This document shows, piece after piece, positions 55,653-64,000 of a stretch of 64,000 bases of DNA. The position numbers and the translations under genes are program-made. Source of the DNA: Eledone cirrhosa (lineage: Eukaryota); the NCBI GenBank assembly GCA_964016885.1, contig OZ024740.1:35836001-35900000 (forward strand). The letters run 5' to 3'. The notes under the pieces were generated by a model. It was given only the letters and a program-made list of their open reading frames with translations, did no database searches and had not been told where the DNA came from. Positions within the stretch are counted from its first letter, which is position 1. Each line of letters begins with the position of its first letter.

Positions 55653-58043
55653 GACACAGCTAGAGACTTATAGAATACTTAGCTGTGTACAGGAACTGGT
55701 TTGAAAGAGCGGTTGCCGGTCCGGCAGAAATTAGAAATTGGAATAAATGCTCTGAAATAGCGATATATATGTGAATATAGACATAGAATATTCGAAAATA
55801 TTCTGTATGTTTATAATAAACATTTTGAAGACCTAATCGCTATAGAATAGAATACGTCACGTATTACAATTAGATTCTCGACAAAAGCAAGGGAAGTAAT
55901 CTACGCGTTTCATTCTTGTTAGAAATCATCAGGACCACATATCCAGTGCTTTTATCGAGAATGACACAGCTAGAGACTTATAGAATACTTAGCTGTGTAC
56001 AGGAACTGGTTTGAAAGAGCGGTTGCCGGTCCGGCAGAAATTAGAAATTGGAATAAATGCTCTGAAATAGCGATATATATGTGAATATAGACATAGAATA
56101 TTCGAAAATATTCTGTATGTTTATAATAAACATTTTGAAGACCTAATCGCTATAGAATAGAATACGTCACGTATTACAATTAGATTCTCGACAAAAGCAA
56201 GGGAAGTAATCTACGCGTTTCATTCTTGTTAGAAATCATCAGGACCACATATCCAGTGCTTTTATCGAGAATGACACAGCTAGAGACTTATAGAATACTT
56301 AGCTGTGTACAGGAACTGGTTTGAAAGAGCGGTTGCCGGTCCGGCAGAAATTAGAAATTGGAATAAATGCTCTGAAATAGCGATATATATGTGAATATAG
56401 ACATAGAATATTCGAAAATATTCTGTATGTTTATAATAGACATTTTGAAGACCTAATCGCTATAGAATAGAATACGTCACGTATTACAATTATATTCTCG
56501 ACAAAAGCAAGGGAAGTAATCTACGCGTTTCATTCTTGTTAGAAATCATCAGGACCACATATCCAGTGCTTTTATCGAGAATGACACAGCTAGAGACTTA
56601 TAGAATACTTAGCTGTGTACAGGAACTGGTTTGAAAGAGCGGTTGCCGGTCCGGCAGAAATTAGAAATTGGAATAAATGCTCTGAAATAGCGATATATAT
56701 GTGAATATAGACATAGAATATTCGAAAATATTCTGTATGTTTATAATAAACATTTCGAAGACCTAATCGCTATAGAATAGAATACGTCACGTATTACAAT
56801 TAGATTCTCGACAAAAGCAAGGGAAGTAATCTACGCGTTTCATTCTTGTTAGAAATCATCAGGACCACATATCCAGTGCTTTTATCGAGAATGACACAGC
56901 TAGAGACTTATAGAATACTTAGCTGTGTACAGGAACTGGTTTGAAAGAGCGGTTGCCGGTCCGGCAGAAATTAGAAATTGGAATAAATGCTCTGAAATAG
57001 CGATATATATGTGAATATAGACATAGAATATTCGAAAATATTCTGTATGTTTATAATAAACATTTTGAAGACCTAATCGCTATAGAATAGAATACGTCAC
57101 GTATTACAATTAGATTCTCGACAAAAGCAAGGGAAGTAATCTACGCGTTTCATTCTTGTTAGAAATCATCAGGACCACATATCCAGTGCTTTTATCGAGA
57201 ATGACACAGCTAGAGACTTATAGAATACTTAGCTGTGTACAGGAACTGGTTTGAAAGAGCGGTTGCCGGTCCGGCAGAAATTAGAAATTGGAATAAATGC
57301 TCTGAAATAGCGATATATATGTGAATATAGACATAGAATATTCGAAAATATTCTGTATGTTTATAATAAACATTTTGAAGACCTAATCGCTATAGAATAG
57401 AATACGTCACGTATTACAATTAGATTCTCGACAAAAGCAAGGGAAGTAATCTACGCGTTTCATTCTTGTTAGAAATCATCAGGACCACATATCCAGTGCT
57501 TTTATCGAGAATGACACAGCTAGAGACTTATAGAATACTTAGCTGTGTACAGGAACTGGTTTGAAAGAGCGGTTGCCGGTCCGGCAGAAATTAGAAATTG
57601 GAATAAATGCTCTGAAATAGCGATATATATGTGAATATAGACATAGAATATTCGAAAATATTCTGTATGTTTATAATAAACATTTTGAAGACCTAATCGC
57701 TATAGAATAGAATACGTCACGTATTACAATTAGATTCTCGACAAAAGCAAGGGAAGTAATCTACGCGTTTCATTCTTGTTAGAAATCATCAGGACCACAT
57801 ATCCAGTGCTTTTGTCGAGAATCTAATTGTAATACGTGACGTATTCTATTCTATAGCGATTAGGTCTTCAAAATGTTTATTATAAACATACAGAATATTT
57901 TCGAATATTCTATGTCTATATTCACATATATATCGCTATTTCAGAGCATTTATTCCAATTTCTAATTTCTGCCGGACCGGCAACCGCTCTTTCAAACCAG
58001 TTCCTGTACACAGCTAAGTATTCTATAAGTCTCTAGCTGTGTC

Positions 58044-58132
58044 ATTCTCGATAAAAGCACTGGATATGTGGTCCTGATGATTTCTAACAAGAATGAAACG
58101 CGTAGATTACTTCCCTTGCTTTTGTCGAGAAT
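58044..58132 (+). ncRNA. Type I hammerhead ribozyme in the inverted arm (sense to the host gene)
   Basis: CTGATGA 58074-58080, GAAA 58095-58098, predicted GUA cleavage after 58104. Same fold as the minus-strand copies. Confidence 0.85.
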
Positions 58133-58326
58133 CTAATTGTAATACGTGACGTATTCTATTCTATAGCGATTAGGTCTTCAAAATGTTTATTATAAACATA
58201 CAGAATATTTTCGAATATTCTATGTCTATATTCACATATATATCGCTATTTCAGAGCATTTATTCCAATTATTTGTATTATTATTAATTCTACGTGGAAC
58301 CAATATATTCTTTACTTTTACAGCAC

Positions 58327-58641
58327 AATTTTGAACCGGGGAAAATTTTAAGAAACAACGTCCCGGACGGTAAATTCACAGAAAAACAGCTGTTCGGTGG
58401 GAAATTATTCTTTTTCATAGTTGTATTTTTCGTGTATTTTCAACGAATCTGACCTGCGAATCTGTCGGAAACGACTTTTCTTTTAGAAAAAGGAAGGCGG
58501 TTTTCTAAAAAAAAACGAGACGTATCTGACTGATTTGGAGGTCAAATTCGTTGAAAACATAAAAAAGGCTAGGAAAAAGAACAATTTCTCACCGAACGGC
58601 CGAGGAGTTTATTCTGTAAATTTATCTCTAGCGGTTCAATT
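58327..58641. mobile_element. Degenerate palindromic MITE / foldback element
   Basis: Long imperfect inverted repeats: TTCGGTGGGAAATTATTCTTTTTC...TTTTCAACGAATCTGACCT versus AGGTCAAATTCGTTGAAAA...GAAAAAGAACAATTTCTCACCGAA. Outer TTGAACCG/CGGTTCAA. Confidence 0.65.
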
Positions 58642-58692
58642 CTCTTTCAATCACGAAAAGAACCATGGATTTTAGTTTAAGCTTAACCCAGC

Positions 58693-60490
58693 TTGTCATT
58701 TATGAACTCGGAGGTGATGGGGAGATACAACATAGAAGTAAGCAACAAATTTGAAGCACTCCAACTACTTCAAGAACAGAGAATGCCAGAAGAGCTGTTT
58801 ACGACACTCAAGGAGACAGTAAAGACAGTAGCGGAGGAAGTGTTTGGGAACGAGTCAAAAAGACCGAGGAAAGCGTGGATCTCCAAAGCCACTCTCCATC
58901 TAATGGACGAGCGCAAAAAACTCGAACGTACCAGGGCTACTTCCGAGTTTAATGAAACAAAGTACCAGGAATTGGATAAAGCAGTACAGAGGGAAGCCAG
59001 AGAGTACAAGGCAACATAGTTGAAAGAGCAGTGTGTTGAGGTTGGGGAGGCATTGCAGATACATAATATACGGAAGGCATACAGTGTCATAAAGTCACTA
59101 AAAAAAGGCTTCCATGTAAAACAAAGAAATATTGAGGACGATGAAGGAATGGTCCTGACTAATCTTCAGGACATTCTTAAAGGTGGAAGGAATATGGTGA
59201 AAGACTAAGGGGAGGCAACTAATCAACAAGTCGATGTTGGAAGGGATGAATTTCCATCCATTCTGGAATCAGAAGTCAGGGAGTCTTTGAATAGGATGCC
59301 TAACAATAAAGCTGCTGGTATCGATGACCTGCCTGTAGGGCTTTTCAAGATAGACAACGAAACAAAGATTAAGATATTGTGCTGACTATGCAACAGAATT
59401 GTAGAAACAGGCAAGTGACCTGCCAATTGGAAGAAGGCAGTTTTTATTCCCATACCAAAGATTTCCACACTATCCACACTAGCAAGATCCTCTCTTAGAG
59501 AGAACGCATAGAACGGTTGAAGAACAATGTGCGGACGAACAAATGGGTTTCAGAATGGATCAGATTTTCAATATCAGAATTATCATGGAAAAAACAAGGG
59601 AGTTTAATGTGCCTTTGTATTTAGCATTTGTAGATTACAAAAAGGCATTTGACTCTGTATTACATTCAACGCTTTGGAACGTATTGAAGAGGATGGGGTG
59701 AATGGCTCAATGGTGAAATTATTAAAGAATCTGCATCACGAGCAACAAGCTGCTGCAGTGACTGGAAAAAGAATTCACAGAATGGTTCACTGTAAACAGA
59801 TGAGTTCAACAGGGATGTCTGGTGTCACCTTTGGCATTCAATTTTTACTCTGAAAAAGTAATAAGAAAGTCAGTAGATATGCTCTCTTGGATCGAGGTTA
59901 CTGTTGGTGGGAAATAGATCAACAACCTGCCGTATGCTGAACATATAATGCTCATAGCAAACACTGCTGGCTAAAATTTACAGAATTTCAAAGGAATATA
60001 GTCTGGAGATCAACATCAAAAAGACAAAAGTAATGGCAGCAACTAGACAGAAGGAAGAAATGACTATAAGGTGATAGGCTTGAACAAGTAGAGAAGTTCA
60101 ATACTTGAGCAGACGGCAAAGATGAAGCTGGGAAATAAGGGCGAAACAAGCAACTGGAAGAACAGTTCTGAGCACACTCAGCAGCCTCTGGAAGATAGAG
60201 CTCTTACAAAGTCCTCAAATAAGAAAGTAATCAAAACATTAGTGTGGCAGGTAGCTTTACATGGTTGTGAATCAAGGACTTTAAAGGCATCTGACTTGAA
60301 ACAACTGAGTGCATTTGAAATGTTATGCTATAGGTGTGAACTCAGAATTAGCTGGACAGATGATATTAAGGAATGGACAGGAGGGAGTTTGGTGGAATGT
60401 ACAGCAATGGCAAGAGACAGGAAAAGATAGAGAGTACTGGTCCATAAGTTCATAACCCCCGACCCTCAAATATGAGGATGGGATAGAGAA
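58693..60490 (+). mobile_element. Decayed RTE-clade LINE (tether plus RT), many stops and frameshifts
   Basis: Peptides KAWISKATLHLMDERK, ILESEVRESLNRMPNNKAAGIDDLP, WKKAVFIPIPK, DQIFNIRIIMEKTREFNVPLYLAFVDYKKAFDSV, QGCLVSP, LEINIKKTKVM, VALHGCES. Confidence 0.92.
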
Positions 60491-60669
60491 GAACATATAT
60501 ATATCATGAAGGAAGTGTTGTAAGGAACTAGGTGGACCATAACGCACCAGAGTACTCGATACTATGGGTAGTAGAGTGGGTAATAGGAAAAGTGTCAGAC
60601 CCCGATGGCTGAGCTCCGGCCGTTTCGACAGCAATTTCTGAACGCTGTCGGGGTTCTGACTCTTTTCTT

Positions 60670-60702
<33 letters not shown>

Positions 60703-60707
<5 letters not shown>

Positions 60708-61105
60708 AAATTTCGCTCTACATGGCTGAATACAATACATGTAATCTGAGTTTTTCGAATATTAACAATAACATTCGATTCGTTTGCAATTATGCAAACA
60801 AGCCTCAATTTTATGCAGATCTGACTGATCAGCCAGTCTGCTAATATGTAAATCAGGCCGATCAGTCACTGTGTACTTTTGAAAATAGCATATATTTTCA
60901 CGAGCTCTGATAGCTTGTCAGGTGAACAGTGAGCTGTACTGATGAAGGGTGATACCCAGAAACATTAGTGTCTGCAGTTCTGTTCGCATGCCAACACAAG
61001 AGCAAGAATGAAGGGTTTATTCTACTGACATGGCTATAAAATTGAGGCTTGTTTGCAAAATTGCAAACGAATCGAATGTTAATATTCGAAAAACTCAGAT
61101 TACAT
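60703..61105 (+). mobile_element. Hammerhead-containing non-coding element B with ~75-bp inverted ends, inserted between (TA)n tracts
   Basis: Inverted repeats at 60739-60814 and ~61035-61105 (GTAATCTGAGTTTTTCGAATATTAACA...). Internal type I HHR. 36 extra nt lie between the left inverted arm and the (TA)n. Confidence 0.75.
60922..60987 (+). ncRNA. Type I hammerhead ribozyme
   Basis: GTGAACA-GT-GAGCTGTA-CTGATGA-A-GGGT GAT ACCC-A-GAAA-CA TTAG TG-TC^TGCAGTTC-TGTTCGC. Stem I has 8 bp plus a 7-bp extension. Predicted GUC cleavage after 60972. Confidence 0.82.
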
Positions 61106-61430
61106 TAATTATATATATATATATATATATTAGAATTGGTGCTCTGAAATAGCTATATATATATGAATGTATATATAGTGTATGTTGCAATACACTGTAT
61201 GCTTAATTAAGTGAGTCTGTCACTACTCTAAAACAATAGCATAAGGTCTTAGAAATGCTTTTAATTAAGAATAGAGTGTATTGCAAAATACACTGTATGT
61301 ACATTCATATATATATATAGCTATTTCAGAGCACCAATTCTAATTTTCAATTTCTGCTTGACTGGCAACCGCTCTGTATAATAAGTTCCTGATTATTTAC
61401 TAGAATTCTATAAGAACCAAACATCCATGA

Positions 61431-61522
61431 TTTCAGCAAACAGGAGGAGTAGTTGGCTTTGATAAGCATCAATAAATGCGAAACAAGGCCTTGTCAGCTT
61501 TATCTCCCCCTGTTTGCTGAAA
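61431..61522 (+). ncRNA. Type I hammerhead ribozyme with variant core UUGAUAA (U3-A8), copy 1
   Basis: GGCT-TTGATAA(61459-61465)-GCAT CAATAA ATGC-GAAA-CAAGGCCTTG-TC^AGCT. Outer stem TTCAGCAAACAGG/CCTGTTTGCTGAA. Palindromic stem III ACAAGGCCTTGT. Confidence 0.78.
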
Positions 61523-61754
61523 ATTAAAGTAAGTGAGTCTGTCACTACTCTAAAACAATAGCATAAGGTCTTCGAAATGCTTTTAATTAAGCATACAGTG
61601 TATTGCAAAATACACAATATATACATACATATATATATATATAGCTATTTCAGAGCACCAATTCTAATTTTAAATTTCTGCTTGACCGGCAACCGCTCTG
61701 TATAATCAGTTCCTGATTATTTACTAGAATTCTATAAGAAACAAACATCTATGA

Positions 61755-61846
61755 TTTCAGCAAACAGAGGGAGTAGTTGGCTTTGATAAGCATCAATAAA
61801 CGCGAAACAAGGCTTTGTCAGCTTTATCTCCCCCTGTTTGCTGAAA
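61755..61846 (+). ncRNA. Type I hammerhead ribozyme with variant core UUGAUAA (U3-A8), copy 2
   Basis: Same fold 324 nt downstream, with one mismatch in stem II (GCAT/ACGC) and one change in stem III. Confidence 0.7.
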
Positions 61847-61949
61847 ATTAAAGTAAGTGAGTCTGTCACTACTCTAAAAGAATAGCATAAGGTCTTCGAA
61901 ATGCTTTTAATTAAGCATACAGTGTATTGCAAAATACACAATATATACA

Positions 61950-61952
<3 letters not shown>

Positions 61953-62006
<54 letters not shown>
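61953..62006. repeat. (TA)n microsatellite (further tracts at ~60675-60702 and 61111-61130)
   Basis: Seen directly. Confidence 0.95.
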
Positions 62007-62009
<3 letters not shown>

Positions 62010-62782
62010 TATATAATGCGTACAGGCTTTATTTCTAACACATCTCTGCTACTCAGTTCTTTTCGAACTTCTTCCCTCAGCACGAGGAATCTATCATCAC
62101 ACAGAATTCACTCTCACCCTCACTCAAAACTTTCATCTAGATATGTGCAACAAAGATCTTTAGTCATTCTGGCTCAAATTCTTTCATCTCAATTATTTCA
62201 TGTTGGAATGATGGGAAATGTTGAAGCATTGGGTATCACAAGTTGTTCCTCGTGGCAACAACTCTTCTAACCCATCATAGTTGGTATAGTGTTTGCTACC
62301 TCCCCATATATCTCTAGCCAATAGTGTAGAGTTTGCCACTATCCCAATTCTTCTTCCATATCACTTTTTCTTTCGTCTTTTTTTGTCTTTTTGTCATTAT
62401 GATATAAATGTATTTTAAATAAAATAATTACTAAATATTTTATGTTGACTTTACTGTTTTCCGAATGCCTTCAACCCTAAAAGGACGTTCAACTATATTT
62501 TGTTCTGTATAACATGTCAAACACACCTTATATCAACGTATTAGACGTTCAGACTGACCACTGTCGTTTACATTGACAGCTCCAGTCTGGAGTTGTCTGG
62601 AAAGTGTCTGAGAATTCACTCACAAAGTAATATAAAAAACGGTCCCATTATCCTGGGAACAATTGATTTATTCCATGAAAATTCAATAAACAGTTTCAGA
62701 TTTTATAAGATTTAGATTTATAGAGGATGGATAATTGAATACTCTGACATTTATGTTTTTTTCCAAACACACAAGCAATGTA

Positions 62783-63934
62783 CGAGGGTCGGCTGAAAGT
62801 GTCATAGGCTAACCTGGATACTCTCATAGAATGGGACCAAATGACGTCTATTTTTCAACATAGCCCCACTGGCGGTTCACACACTTCTTCCACCAGTGTT
62901 TCAGTGCTTGGATCCTTCATCCTGGAAGCTTTCATCCTGTTGGTCAAAAAGTTATCAACAGAAGATATGACGTTATCATCACTATGACACTGGTTCCCAG
63001 CTAAATGTATTTTTCATGTTGGGGAATCAGGAAAATGAGGAATCTGACCAAACAGTTCAAAGGCGCAGTCACACACTGCAGCCTTTGATACCAAGGCTTT
63101 ATATGCTGGAGCTTTGTCCTGATGTAACAAGACCCTTTTCTTCAGTTTACATGGCCGTCTGGTCTTGAAAGCCTTTCATAACTATCTTGGCAAGTTGGCA
63201 TAGCAATCACCATTGATGGTGTGGTCTTCTTGAAGATAGTCAATAAACGCATACCTTTTGCACCCCAAAACCTGAGGACATCATCTTCACTTCTGATAAA
63301 ACGACCCTGGCCTTCTTTGGAACAGGTGAGGGGGGGTGTTTCCAATGCATGGATTGTCTCTTTGTCTCTAGGTTAGAAGGAAACCAGCTGGATCTTCCTC
63401 AAATAATGTCAGATTTCCCCGTCATGCCAAGTTCATTTTGCAGAATATTATCAATTCTCTCACAAAATATGCTAATAGCATTGACTATTTGATTTATAGT
63501 CAATCGTCTGTTATCCATTGCCATATGCTGAAAACAATTAATGTATTCCTAGGTGGTGGCAGTTGCAGGACGTCCAGACCTTGGGTCATCTTCAAAACTC
63601 TCCCTTCCTCTCCTAAATTCAGCTGCCCACTTTTACACTGTTGATAAAGCTGAAGTGTCGCCCTCTAATGTAGCAACCATGTCAGCATGAATGTCCTTTG
63701 GGGCTAAACCCTTTTTCTGTCGGTACTTGATAACACCACGGTGCCAAATTTTTGTCAATTTTCAAGAATTCATTACTAGTTACATTTGATGTCTTCTTTG
63801 AATAGTCACATGTCTGTTTACATGGAAATTGATGCAGTTATTAACAAGAGAAGTTGAAATTAATGCATGCAATATTTCACAGCTTTAGCATCACTCCTTC
63901 ATAGCCAACCTATGAACTTTTCAGCCCACCCTCG
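62783..63934 (-). mobile_element. Decayed mariner transposon with both TIRs (~1.15 kb)
   Basis: TA|CGAGGGTCGGCTGAAAGTGTCATAGG ... CCTATGAACTTTTCAGCCCACCCTCG|TA. Minus-strand peptide KIWHRGVIKY...KDIHADMVATL...KWAAEFRRGRESFEDDPRSGRP...RRLTI is the mariner HTH region, with stops and frameshifts. Confidence 0.92.
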
Positions 63935-64000
63935 TATATAAACTGAATTGAATGCAATTGTGAATTAAAACAGATTCACGGATTCATCTCGCGGTGACAC

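Larger units (their letters stand above)
55469..58269 (-). mobile_element. Non-LTR retrozyme-like element A: ~7.6 tandem 310-bp monomers plus ~1.5 inverted monomers
   Basis: Period exactly 310 (ACATAGAATA at 55471, 55781, 56091 ... 57641) with only a few substitutions. Inversion at ~57807-57822. Flanking direct repeat TATTTGTATTATTAT at 55454-55468 and 58270-58284. Each monomer holds a type I hammerhead. No ORF. Confidence 0.88.
61131..61953 (+). mobile_element. Non-LTR retrozyme-like element C: ~2.3 tandem 324-bp monomers plus an ~80-bp inverted 5' arm, within (TA)n
   Basis: Period 324 (repeat ORFs at 61408/61732). 61131-61210 is the reverse complement of monomer sequence. Shares GCTATTTCAGAGCA, GACCGGCAACCGCTCT and AGGTCTTC blocks with the 310-bp element. 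Confidence 0.8.

Noticed and set aside
55469-58269. Helitron/Helentron-derived tandem repeat or plain satellite interpretation
   Set aside because: The internal inverted repeat is explained as hammerhead stem I. A long flanking direct repeat plus terminal inversion fits retro-integration better.
58324-58369. Possible next ABCB exon (good acceptor, HNFEPGKILRNNVPD, GTAAAT donor)
   Set aside because: Weakly like RILKLNxPEW, but it overlaps the MITE inverted repeat and the phase-1 G cannot begin the expected Trp codon. Unresolved without transcripts.
62016-62420. Possible LINE 3' remnant (ORF 62016-62270)
   Set aside because: Too degraded; no diagnostic motif.

Overview
Eukaryotic, repeat-saturated DNA, probably cephalopod (Octopus-like SINE tails; this is an inference). 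The window lies inside a + strand ABCB1/P-glycoprotein-like transporter gene. I can see a 162-nt exon ending NBD1 (19174-19335) and two probable acidic linker exons (50133-50157, 55218-55315). About 70% of the window is two intronic satellites: a 58-bp unit (1-~18990) and a 45-bp unit with ~3.4-4.3 kb higher-order repeats (~19555-47580). The second array is interrupted by a young non-autonomous LTR element. The rest is nested decayed TEs (RTE, Tx1/L1, CRE, CR1/Jockey-like, mariner, MITEs, SINEs). The main finding is a cluster of hammerhead-ribozyme (HHR) non-coding retroelements (non-LTR retrozyme / Penelope-like-element-mobilised) at 55.5-62 kb. It comprises a near-perfect 310-bp tandem array with 9 type I HHRs, a 15-bp flanking direct repeat and a terminal inversion; a related 324-bp dimer whose HHR core carries the compensatory U3-A8 pair; a third HHR element with inverted ends; and a core-deleted relic. 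The three intact elements share one end architecture: an inverted arm with a ~35-40 nt extension. Nearly all ORFs in the supplied track are repeat artefacts. All structures were read by eye and none was computed.
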